Below, piece after piece: positions 29,474 to 39,000 of a stretch of 64,000 nucleotides of DNA. This DNA is from Candidatus Peregrinibacteria bacterium (GTDB lineage Bacteria > Patescibacteriota > Gracilibacteria > UBA1369 > UM-FILTER-53-11), in contig JACPMA010000016.1 of NCBI GenBank assembly GCA_016186205.1, positions 30,978 to 94,977 on the forward strand, in the 5' to 3' direction. The translations under genes and the position numbers were made by a program. The notes below the pieces were generated by a model that was not told the DNA's origin, did no database searches, and saw nothing but the letters and a program-made list of their open reading frames with translations. Positions within the stretch are counted from its first letter, which is position 1, and the number at the start of each line of letters is the position of its first letter.

Positions 29474-30578
29474 GTTCCGCATCTTCAAACCAGAGCTTTT
29501 TCATCCCCATGCTCACATTTTAGATGATCACATTCCTTATGGAGTACCCAAAGTCGATTGTTATCAAAATTCATCAAAAGCAGTCATCGCAAAAGGACTC
29601 TGCATGATAAAGCTCAGTGCAGTTAAACGCTTTGTTAAGGGTGGAGTTCAAACGACATTAACCGTGGAATTTTCGGCCCCGAAGCTAGTTTACGGAAACA
29701 ACCTTGATGAGCTTGAGCAAGGAGATTTTATTACAGTGCTAAAGATATTATGTAATCGCTTATCAAATGAAATGGGTGTTGTTGTAAGTGAAGAAGATCT
29801 GAAAGCAGCAACAGTCAGTGCAATACATTTTTCAAAAAACATTTCTTTTGTCGATTACACAACAGTAAATAGCATAATAAATTATACAAGGAAGATCAAT
29901 TTAACGAAAAGATTCGATCTAAATGAAACGAAGTTTCGCAATGAAGGATTAACTATTTATCATCACTCAAAATCTCTTCAATTTATTCTATACGATAAAA
30001 TCCGTGAGATGCAGAAGGTTAACGGAAGGGGAATCGAAGAAAATGTGCAATTGCATCTCGATATACTCGGTGAAGTAGAGAGTGCACACAAAGAACCTCT
30101 CGAAGTTTTACGGTCGGAACTTAGGATTTTGAAAAGACCCAAATTGAGGTCAATGTTGAAAAAAATTGGTGAACCCTACATAGAAACCTTCGAGGAATTT
30201 TTCAGTAAACGGCTTTCTCAAAAAATGCTTCAGCAATATTGGAATTTTATTATTGAAAAATTAAAACCGGTTATTTTTGCGGAAGATTTTACTCCACAAG
30301 AAGTTGTGAAATTAATATTACAGCAAAATCGACGAATCAAGCCTCAAGCTGCGTTGAGCTTGATCGGGATTTTTTACGCCATAAAGCACATAGGAATACG
30401 GCCGCTAAAAACAATGTTAAATACCTACTTTAATGCACGATCATGCAGCAGATTATTAAGCCAAATCAACGACTTTGAATTTCCTCAAAGCAGTCGATTT
30501 GAGCCATTTAACCATATTAGTAAGGCACTTTCAGAGTTTAAACCACTCAAAATGAAAGATTTGACCTTACCATTCTAA
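29436..30578 (+). CDS. Phage/plasmid replication initiator (gpII/X, CRI / Rep_trans-like)
   Basis: Motifs MIDTV, VEFSAPKLVYGNN, IHFSKN, LYDKIREM and LRSELR. Confidence 0.72.
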   Translation: MIDTVRLTLFKDKFRIFKPELFHPHAHILDDHIPYGVPKVDCYQNSSKAVIAKGLCMIKLSAVKRFVKGGVQTTLTVEFSAPKLVYGNNLDELEQGDFITVLKILCNRLSNEMGVVVSEEDLKAATVSAIHFSKNISFVDYTTVNSIINYTRKINLTKRFDLNETKFRNEGLTIYHHSKSLQFILYDKIREMQKVNGRGIEENVQLHLDILGEVESAHKEPLEVLRSELRILKRPKLRSMLKKIGEPYIETFEEFFSKRLSQKMLQQYWNFIIEKLKPVIFAEDFTPQEVVKLILQQNRRIKPQAALSLIGIFYAIKHIGIRPLKTMLNTYFNARSCSRLLSQINDFEFPQSSRFEPFNHISKALSEFKPLKMKDLTLPF

Positions 30579-30608
30579 CTTTATTATTATAATCTAACAT
30601 CATAATTT

Positions 30609-32147
30609 ATGAATGAAATTATTGAAAAAATATTGGAAAAATTAGCACTCGGATTAGCCCGAGTTTCAACCGAAGAGCAGGAAGATGGGCATACGATTCC
30701 CGCTCAAGTTCAGCGAATAAATGATTATGCAGCACAGAAAGGCCTAACCCTTGAAAAAGTTTTTGAGCTAACGGAATCGTCCACAAAAGCAGACAGGAAA
30801 AAATTCTGCGAGCTCTTTGAAATCATTAAACGCAGTAAAATTCCTGTAATTTTAATTGTTGAAACGGTGGACAGGCTGCAGCGTAGTTTTAGAGAATCCG
30901 TTGAGCTCGATGCTTTAAGAAAAGATGGAAAACTCGAAATCCACTTTTTACGAGAAAATCTTGTTATCAACAAGGATTCCAACAGCGTAGATATTATGCG
31001 CTGGGATCTCGCTGTTTTTGTCGCAAAGACTTACGTATTGCAGTTAAGCGACAATGTAAAACGCAGCTTGGAACAAAAGCTCCGCAACGGTGAATGGATT
31101 GGAAGAGCCCGCGTCGGATATTTGAACATTGATCTTCCGAACGAAAAGAAATCAGTAGTTCTTGATCCAGACAGGGCTCCACTCATAAAAAAAGCATTTG
31201 AATGGTATTCAACAGGGAATTATTCGACGAGCCAAATAACAACAATGCTTAAAGAGGCTGGACTCACCAATAATACGCCTAAGAAAGCCATCCTCAATAA
31301 AAGCACCGTAGCGGAAATGCTACAGGAACCTTTTTACTACGGTGAAATGAGGGTGAAGGGTAAACACTATCCTCATAATTATGAGCCTATTGTGGCACGT
31401 TGGTTATTCGACAAATGTCAGCAAGTACGTGAGGGCTGGCATAAAAAGCCTTTTAAGACTGGAGAAACTTTTTATGCCTTTAGAGGCCTAATTAAACACG
31501 ACTGCGGATGTTTACTCACTCCGTACACGAAAAAGGGAATTGTATATTTGAAGTGCTCGAAGTATCGCGGTAACTGCCAAGGGGTTAGTGTGAATGAAAA
31601 AGATTTGATTAAAGAACTTGCCGAGATTTTTCGTGTTATGCGTCCTCCAGATGATGTGGTGGAGGACGTTAAACAGCAATTACGCAGCAGCCATGAAAAT
31701 GAACAACGATTTTATGAGTCGAACATTCAACGTATCAACAAAGGACTTGCTACGATCAAACAGCGTTTCCAGCCCGCCTATGAGGACATGCTGGATGGCC
31801 GTATTACGAGGGACGAACACGACAAATTGGTGCAGAAATGGAAGCAGCAGGAAAGAGACCTCTTACTTCAACTTGAGGATCATTCAAAAGGGGATGAGCA
31901 GTTTTACATCACGGCTTCTTACCTGTTAGATATTTCAAAACGAGCACAGGAACTTTTCCTGCGTTCGCAACCGGAGCAAAAACGACAATTTTTGAATTTC
32001 GTACTTGCGAACTTAAGTTTGGAGGGCAAAAAGCTCGGCTACAAGCTGAAAGAACCATTTGCGGCTATGCACGAAATGGGTATTCGTATGAATTGGCTCC
32101 GGAGGTCGGACTCGAACCGACAACCCACTGGTTACACGAATCCTTAA
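30609..32147 (+). CDS. Large serine recombinase (integrase)
   Basis: Catalytic ARVSTEEQ, VDRLQR, a recombinase domain (PFYYG, HNYEPIV), Zn ribbon CGC...C...C and coiled coil. The ORF reads through the att site. Confidence 0.93.
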   Translation: MNEIIEKILEKLALGLARVSTEEQEDGHTIPAQVQRINDYAAQKGLTLEKVFELTESSTKADRKKFCELFEIIKRSKIPVILIVETVDRLQRSFRESVELDALRKDGKLEIHFLRENLVINKDSNSVDIMRWDLAVFVAKTYVLQLSDNVKRSLEQKLRNGEWIGRARVGYLNIDLPNEKKSVVLDPDRAPLIKKAFEWYSTGNYSTSQITTMLKEAGLTNNTPKKAILNKSTVAEMLQEPFYYGEMRVKGKHYPHNYEPIVARWLFDKCQQVREGWHKKPFKTGETFYAFRGLIKHDCGCLLTPYTKKGIVYLKCSKYRGNCQGVSVNEKDLIKELAEIFRVMRPPDDVVEDVKQQLRSSHENEQRFYESNIQRINKGLATIKQRFQPAYEDMLDGRITRDEHDKLVQKWKQQERDLLLQLEDHSKGDEQFYITASYLLDISKRAQELFLRSQPEQKRQFLNFVLANLSLEGKKLGYKLKEPFAAMHEMGIRMNWLRRSDSNRQPTGYTNP

Positions 32148-32407
32148 ATTTCTTTAAGGGGTGGACTATATCTTTATCCGCAAAAGTGTGCACGTGCACA
32201 CTTTTGTGAGGACATCTTGGTATCTAGTCTCTACGGCGCCCCCTCACATTTTGCGATCCCGCAAAAGGCGAAGGGTTCCCACGGTATTACCCGGTCTGTA
32301 CGTACAGACTTTGGGCTTCACCGTTATCCCAAGAAGTTTCAACCTAAGTTGCCTTAGGAAGCTGCGTAATTTCACAGCCAGTTGCTCTACCATTGAGCTA
32401 CTCCGGA
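32094..32407 (-). tRNA. tRNA-Asn(GUU) interrupted by a group I intron
   Basis: 5' exon TCCGGAGTAGCTCAATGGTAGAGCAACTGGCTGT (32407-32374) plus 3' exon TAACCAGTGGGTTGTCGGTTCGAGTCCGACCTCCGGAGCCA (32134-32094). The spliced anticodon arm is ACTGG CT GTT AA CCAGT. Confidence 0.93.
32135..32373 (-). ncRNA. Group I self-splicing intron (239 nt, no ORF) at anticodon position 35/36
   Basis: The exon ends in U and pairs with IGS GCAGC. R element GTAGAGACTA, S element AAGATATAGTCC, P9 hairpin CCTTAAA-GAAA-TTTAAGG, and terminal omega-G. Confidence 0.9.
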
Positions 32408-32464
32408 ATGATACGCACAAGAGGATGAAATCCTATTTGTGCGCTTTTACAATTAAGCGCGGCC

Positions 32465-33706
32465 TTATGGCCGCACCACCTTTACGAATCGTACAATCTC
32501 TCTTCCTACCACTGAATCTGGGCGTTCATATAAAAGAGAGGTCGTTTTTAAAGGAGCAAAAGTGGTTTTACTATAACCAAGACTTTCAATTTTCGCAACG
32601 ACATGCGAGGCGAGACTTTGTCGAGATGAGCCTTTTTTCCAATAAGGGAAAATAAAAACAACGGCTGTTTTTTTCGGCAGCCATTGCGCGAGGTTTTTGA
32701 AAAAATCCAAATATAATTTTTCAAGCTCGTCCATTAATTTTTTAAGAAAATTTTCCGCTGGGAATTGCGAAAGTGGGGGACCGAGAAACGGCTCGGTGAC
32801 CACGGCGAGCGAAAGCGAGCCGTTTTGCTGCTTGCCCCCCACGGGCGCTTTCGCAATAGCATCTGCGGCCGTAAGCGACCTTGCATCTTTTTGAAAAAGT
32901 TTTACATGCGTGTTCCCGGGCACACTTTTCGAAAACGTTTTTTGCAGCCAGTCAATGTTTTGGCGCGCGCCTTCAATGAGCCGCGCATCTTTATCGCTTC
33001 CAATTACTGAATATCCCATGAGCATGGCTTCCATTAAAATCGTGCCTGTGCCGCAAAATGGGTCGAGAATAGTAGCAGCCGAAGCAATCTCATTAGGGTT
33101 TGCGAGGTTTATCATAATTTGCGCTAATTTTGGCGGAAGCATGCCGACCGCAGGATCTCGAAACGGTTTTCCATAATCACGTTTTGAATAAGCCTCAAAA
33201 TCCTGCAGGGCGACCGTAGCGCCGAGCGTAACTTTTCCATCGCCCACATCGAGAATTCCGATATTTGTTTTGCTACCGATGAGCCCTTGTTTTGATGCAA
33301 ACACCGGACTGACATTTTGAAAATTCTTATTCATGAAATTTGCGCTGACGCCTTTCGCACGCAGATTTTTTTTCAGTCGCGTAAGCAAAAATTTCAACAC
33401 TTGTGATTTTTTATTTTCCGGCCAGAGATTGAGCGCAAACGCGCATTTTCCAGTATGCGCGCGAGATTGTTCCAGCAAAAATTTTTCAACATCATTAAGA
33501 ATATCCGCTTGAGGCAAATTTTCCGCAAAAATTTCCAGAATTTCCGTAGTGCCGCCGAGGCGATTCAAAAAATCCTGCGGTTTTTGCGGAAGTTCGCCGT
33601 CGAAAAAAATAGCATAATTTTTGCAAGAGCGAAGGCTTTGAAAAATCGCTCCAAGTTCAGCAATAGAAAGCTCCTGATTTCGCCCTAAGATAAACGCATA
33701 TTTCAT
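32465..33706 (-). CDS. Trm11/TrmG10-like SAM-dependent RNA methyltransferase
   Basis: Motifs GMLPPKLAQIMINL, ILDPFCGTGTIL.EA and TEPFLGPP. Confidence 0.8.
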   Translation of the reverse strand: MKYAFILGRNQELSIAELGAIFQSLRSCKNYAIFFDGELPQKPQDFLNRLGGTTEILEIFAENLPQADILNDVEKFLLEQSRAHTGKCAFALNLWPENKKSQVLKFLLTRLKKNLRAKGVSANFMNKNFQNVSPVFASKQGLIGSKTNIGILDVGDGKVTLGATVALQDFEAYSKRDYGKPFRDPAVGMLPPKLAQIMINLANPNEIASAATILDPFCGTGTILMEAMLMGYSVIGSDKDARLIEGARQNIDWLQKTFSKSVPGNTHVKLFQKDARSLTAADAIAKAPVGGKQQNGSLSLAVVTEPFLGPPLSQFPAENFLKKLMDELEKLYLDFFKNLAQWLPKKTAVVFIFPYWKKGSSRQSLASHVVAKIESLGYSKTTFAPLKTTSLLYERPDSVVGREIVRFVKVVRP

Positions 33707-33842
33707 ATCAAGTGCCAAAATGACATAAAGGCCAGTCCGGCACAAATCGAAAAACAAAAATTACCCTTCCGCGAATCTTTGATTCTATATATAAATAAAG
33801 CAATTGATAATTCATCATTCGTAATTTATTAATTCGTTCTAT

Positions 33843-34325
33843 ATGGCATTCTCTCTTAATCGCGCTCAACTCATCGGCAATGTGACTCGCGCTCCGGAAG
33901 TGCGTCTTGCCGGCGGCCAGAAAGTCGCCACCTTCGGCGTGGCCACAAATTTTTCATGGAAAGATCAAACCGGCCAGCGCAAGGATAGGGCTGAATTCCA
34001 TAATATTGTGGCGTGGCGAAAACTCGCGGAAATTTGCGAACAATATCTGCATAAGGGAAGCAAAGTATATATAGAGGGACGGATTCAGACGCGCGATTGG
34101 GAAGGGGAGGACGGCGTGAAGCGATATCGGACGGAAATTGTGTTGGACAATATGATTATGTTGGATAAAAAAGGAGATGCCGTTTCTGCGCCTATTTCAA
34201 ATGATGATGAACCGGCGGATCAGCCAGCAGATCGGCCGCAACGTAATATAAAGGTGGAGAAAAAGACCGCTAAAGAAGAGCAGCCACAGGAAGAAGAGGT
34301 TTCTATAGATGATTTGCCTTTTTAG
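33843..34325 (+). CDS. ssb: Single-stranded DNA-binding protein
   Basis: Motifs LNRAQLIGN and YIEGRIQTRDW, with acidic tail IDDLPF. Confidence 0.96.
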   Translation: MAFSLNRAQLIGNVTRAPEVRLAGGQKVATFGVATNFSWKDQTGQRKDRAEFHNIVAWRKLAEICEQYLHKGSKVYIEGRIQTRDWEGEDGVKRYRTEIVLDNMIMLDKKGDAVSAPISNDDEPADQPADRPQRNIKVEKKTAKEEQPQEEEVSIDDLPF

Positions 34326-34392
34326 GAGAAAAGTGATAAAATAAAAGAACGGTAATAAGTAAAAGAAAAATAAAATTTAACAAACAAAAATT

Positions 34393-35760
34393 ATGGGAAA
34401 GCCTGATAAATCAGAGCCTGAATTACGACGAATAGAGCCAGCACCACCTTCTGGAGAACCCGAACCAGGGAGTCCAGAATCTATTGCAGCAATTACCAGG
34501 AGCTTTCCTGATAAGCAATCTGCAGCTGCAAGAGCAAGAGCTGAAGCGGAAGCTAAGCGGCGCGAAGGCGGCAAAGATGTAGCTGCTGCCGCAAAGGCTG
34601 TTAAGCAAGCGGAACAGCTCGGCAAAACAGCGCTTGATAAATTTAGCGGAGGCTGGAAGGATGCAAAAGAAGTTTCTGATCCGTCGTTTCGCGCGGGCGA
34701 AAAACTCGTCCTTACTGGGAATAGCGTAAATTTTAGAAAGGCCGACGAAGGAGATAGTGGCGTTCTAGCCCGTTTAAACAGGAATGCCGAATTTACAGTT
34801 GCCGACGATCCTGCAAAATCCGGCCAGCCGAAGATTCTCGAAAAAAATGGCGAGAGATTTGTTCTTGTGAAAGATACAAAAGACCGGGTCGGTTATGTTG
34901 CAGCTGCTTATCTCAAGCCGTTTCCGGAACGGGTTGCGGCAACGAAGGAACGAAGAGGAAGTATAGAAATTTCTGATGCAAGTATGTTTCGTGAACTTAT
35001 CATACATCAGCTGGAGAAGAAATTTCCCGGCGATGAAAATACTGCAAAGAGAGATCAGCTTTATACGAAATGGGATCAGGGATACCAATGGATTATGCGA
35101 ACTAAGCGCGATCAGCCATCGAGAGATGAGGCGCTCCAGCGGCTTTACGAAAATATGAATATTTTTGAAGAAGGAGCTGCGCCCGATCTTTATGCGGATA
35201 AAGTTAAAATGGAATTGGAATTCGCTTTGGGAGCGCGCCGCGCAGGGGCTACGGTTGAAGTTCCGGCCGGAATCAAAAATCCTGAAGACGCATTAAACGA
35301 CGCTCTTGCAAAGTTAGGATACGAAATCGGGATTTATTACGGGAAGGGGAGAATGAGCGTGGAGCAAATTAGGACGGCATTTAATATTCAAGGTGTAGCA
35401 GACAGTCATGGTAATAAATGGGGCGAGCCCGGATCGCGCGTGGTTTTTAATTACACGGACGGACGGATTTATTTTTATCCTCCGGAAAGCAAAAAAGAAA
35501 TGCGGACCGTTGCGGTGATTCAAGGCGCAGAGCATAGATTGCGGTATACAGAAGAAGCGCCCGGCGGTGTCCGGCAAGAAGAATATGATGCTGTAATGGA
35601 GCGTGCGCGTAAGCCGGAAAAGCAGCTTATGAGGGTGGAGGAAAAAGAACTTGCCATGAGACGTCCTCAAGATCCAGAAATGGCACAGTTATCAGCACAG
35701 CGATCCAGGGAATATACGGCCGCTTTGCAGAAAAAACAAGCAAAAGAAGCCGGCGTATAA
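34393..35760 (+). CDS. Hypothetical protein with SH3b-like domain
   Basis: VNFRK....GVLARL...VGYVAAAYLK resembles bacterial SH3; charged Pro-rich N-terminus. Confidence 0.65.
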   Translation: MGKPDKSEPELRRIEPAPPSGEPEPGSPESIAAITRSFPDKQSAAARARAEAEAKRREGGKDVAAAAKAVKQAEQLGKTALDKFSGGWKDAKEVSDPSFRAGEKLVLTGNSVNFRKADEGDSGVLARLNRNAEFTVADDPAKSGQPKILEKNGERFVLVKDTKDRVGYVAAAYLKPFPERVAATKERRGSIEISDASMFRELIIHQLEKKFPGDENTAKRDQLYTKWDQGYQWIMRTKRDQPSRDEALQRLYENMNIFEEGAAPDLYADKVKMELEFALGARRAGATVEVPAGIKNPEDALNDALAKLGYEIGIYYGKGRMSVEQIRTAFNIQGVADSHGNKWGEPGSRVVFNYTDGRIYFYPPESKKEMRTVAVIQGAEHRLRYTEEAPGGVRQEEYDAVMERARKPEKQLMRVEEKELAMRRPQDPEMAQLSAQRSREYTAALQKKQAKEAGV

Positions 35761-35795
35761 TTATAATTGTTATATAAAAATAAAACTTCAAGTCT

Positions 35796-36044
35796 ATGGT
35801 CGATCCAGTATTACTCGAAAAACTCAAGCAATTCATCCAGTCTTCCGTCAGTTTGACCGCTGACGCAAAGCAGGAATGGCTCAAGGCGGCTGAAAATTTT
35901 TCTGATGAACAAGCAAACAAGCTCATCGCTATTTTTGAAAATGAGCAGAAAAAAATAAAAGAAGCGGGAGATGATTATCTCCAGGATCAGGACCTCTTAG
36001 CGAATGAATTTTTGATAGTTCTCCCATCACTTACCAAAATATGA
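35796..36044 (+). CDS. Small hypothetical protein
   Basis: 82-aa helical ORF with ATGA overlap to the next gene. Confidence 0.65.
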   Translation: MVDPVLLEKLKQFIQSSVSLTADAKQEWLKAAENFSDEQANKLIAIFENEQKKIKEAGDDYLQDQDLLANEFLIVLPSLTKI

Positions 36045-39000
36045 GTCCAGGATTTGAACAACTGAGGCCATCAATTGAAGGCGCTGATCGACGCATCGAC
36101 GCTGGCAAAACAAACGTAAATTTATCTAAAGTTGAGGCAGAGTTTAAAAAAGTCGAGGGTCACGCAAAGATGCAGACAGATCCAGCGCTCCGCGAAAAAT
36201 ATGAAGCTATACTGCGAGAGCAGCGCGCTAGATTTGAGGCGCTACAAGATGGTAATGACCAAAAGCATCTTGATGCGTTGCGAGCCGCTGTGAGAGGTAC
36301 GCTCGTAGCGCTTGATGATTTTGTTTATGAAAACGGGGATTTTTTACAAATGAATTATTCCAGGCAATATGCGGAAACTACCGGTGTAGCGAGTGTATAT
36401 GCGGCATGGAGAAAAGAAAGTAATGTTGCATTTTCGACATTGGCGCATATTATCAAAGCCTATCTTCCAGGCGTTGGATCATATGGCAGCGAGAAGTACC
36501 GTCAGGCAGTTTTTCTGTTTTTAAACCAACGGCAAGGTGGAGCGCAAGGTCATGGCGCGCCGTATGATATTTCAAGAATCCATGATGCTGCCGAATGGAC
36601 TCGAGCAGAAGCGGAATTGCGTAAAATCAAAGTAGGAGAGGAATTCGATTTTTGGAAAGTTCGCGTGGCTTTGAATCAGCCGATTTCAAGACCTCCGACA
36701 TTGCCGCAAGCGGCCGCTGACGGAGGACCGATTCCGGATCTCGTTCCCCTCGTGCCACCAGTTCGACGTAGAGAAAGATCTGCCGGTGCGCCTGCAGCTG
36801 TACCCACAGCTCGGCCTGCACCTGCACCTGCATCAGCACCTGCCGCTGGGCCTACAGAAGAGGTAGCGCTGACTTCCCATGAACAAGTCGCGCTTAACTC
36901 TTTTTCGCAAGGAATTGAAAAAGCTTTCAGGGCCCTCCAATCCGCAGGAGAAAATGGAGAAGCGATTCAAAGGGCTCTTCGCAATATTAAAGCCCAAGCC
37001 GATGATATTGCTCTTTACGGAAAACAAAATCCGACCTCAAATGCTCTGCCAAAACTGCGCATCATGCGTATGCAGTGCGAAGCGTTTTTAACCCAGGCTG
37101 GCCTTGCACTTCGTGCCGGACAAGCCGATCAAATAGCAAAAGGCGCGCGCGAAGATACGCATGGTTTTTGGTCCAATCTCCGCGTCTTGAATGCCATTCC
37201 AAAAATGTATCGAGCCACAACGGGCGATCAAGATACTTTAACGTATTCCGAAGCTCGCTCCCGAGTTATGGATATGCGAACCCGTGAAGTTTCTCGTGCA
37301 GCAAAAGGCGCTGAAGTCGTATTTACCGCTCTATCAAAAGAGCCGCCAATCACCATGCAGCAAATTCGAGGCATGGGGCCAAAAAGATTGGTTGATGCAG
37401 GACTAGCAACAGCTGAAAAAGCAAATGAAATTCATTCAGCAATCCAAAATTTTTTTACGTCGCCTGAAGGTCGAAGACTTGCAGCCATTGATGAAAATCG
37501 TCTTACGGCCGAACTTGATCAGCGACTTGCCAGAGAAGCGCTTCGAGTTGAGGAAGGAACGGTTTTGGGGGTTTCACAGGCGAAGTGGGAAAGAATGGGA
37601 GACGTAAGTTCATCGCTAGCAAGTCTCGATTTATTTCTCCTTCCAGGAGGCGGTATGCTTCTTGGAAAATTGGCCGCGAGATCGGCGCTTGCTGTGCGAG
37701 CGGCTGCTGCAGCGGCAAAAGGTTTTGAAGCTGCAAAAGCAGTGAGGGGAGCGGGCCTTTTGATTCGCGCTGGAGAAAAATTCGTAACATGGAGCCCCCA
37801 AGAATTTAAAGCTTTGCAAGCAGCGGAAAAAGCCGGCCGCGCCGTGAATGTTGCTAAGGCCCTTGCGCGCGGCACGCTCACGGTTGGAACGTCACTTGTG
37901 AAATTTACCGCTGCGACAGCTGCCGCAGAGGCACTTGTTCCTGGCTCCGGACATCTCGTTCTGGCCTCATGTTTCCTCGTGCCTGGCGCCGTGAAAGGTT
38001 TCAGCGAAGCCGTCGGAAAAAATGTATCAGAAGCTTTTGCTCTAGCCGGCGGAAATATGACAGTAGGTCAAATGCCGGAAATGACGCGGGCCTATTTACT
38101 CTATTTGCGAAACACGCAGACGCAGGCTGCGCTTGCGCGAAATCTTCAAGGTTCTCTGCAAAAAGGCGGTATGGCTGCTGCGGAGGCGGAAAAAGCCGCC
38201 AGCGCATTCTCAAAAGATCTCTTTGAAGGACAAACCGGACGCGAGCTTGAGGGTCTTGCATCGCGAAAAATAGGACTAGCTGGAAGAGTGAAGGAATATG
38301 TCAAAGCGCGGAGAGAAATGGTTCGACCTACGCTAGAACGCGGTATACCAGTGAAGTCGGAAGCATTAAGAAATAGTGATCTTCAAGATGCTGCAGTGAA
38401 ATTAAGAGAGGCTCTTGGACCAATCGGTAAGATCGATAAGCTTCCAGCAGCTATTTGGAATAGATTAAGCGCAGACGCGCGGCAGACAGTTACTGATTTC
38501 ACAAGTGCATGTCAGAACATTTCTGGCGCTGTGCGGAAAGGAATGAATATTTCAGGTGAGTGGATCGCAGCGCGTAGACAAGAACTTACTGCTCTTCGTG
38601 CAAAGATAAATAGTTTACCTCGGGAGGCGCAGCAATGGGCTATTGCACAATGGGAAAGATTCAGCGCTGGATTTGAAAATGTTCTTGCCGCTCGACGAAG
38701 GTATAATACAGTTCGGCGGGCAGCACAGCAACAAGAGGGAGGATTGGCAGGAAAGGTTGGTGGTATTCCTGAGAGATATAGGCCAAGATTAGCAGAAGCA
38801 CGAACTACATTGAGTAAGGATTTAGGGGTAGATAAGCTTTTGAGCGGCGTTGGAGTTGCAAGAAAAGTATTGGCGCCAAAAATTCAAGCAGCCATTGATG
38901 GATTTGTTGCTGCAAGGAGAGGAGTAGTGTTAGTTTTGCAAAGTGGGAAAAAAATCACAGGAGACGCTCTTAGAACAGTCTTGAGTGGCATTAAAACTAT

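Larger units (their letters stand above)
21889..32100. mobile_element. ~10.2 kb integrative element inserted in the 3' end of tRNA-Asn
   Basis: Direct repeat TTGGCTCC at 21889-21896 and 32093-32100 (tRNA acceptor end). It encodes a large serine recombinase, Rep, SpoVG and defence cargo, and is visibly more AT-rich than the flanks. Confidence 0.88.

Noticed and set aside
21889..32100. Prophage
   Set aside because: No capsid, terminase, tail or lysis genes.
32161..32655. 164-aa ORF as an intron-encoded homing endonuclease
   Set aside because: It is on the strand opposite the intron, runs across the tRNA exon and has no nuclease motif.
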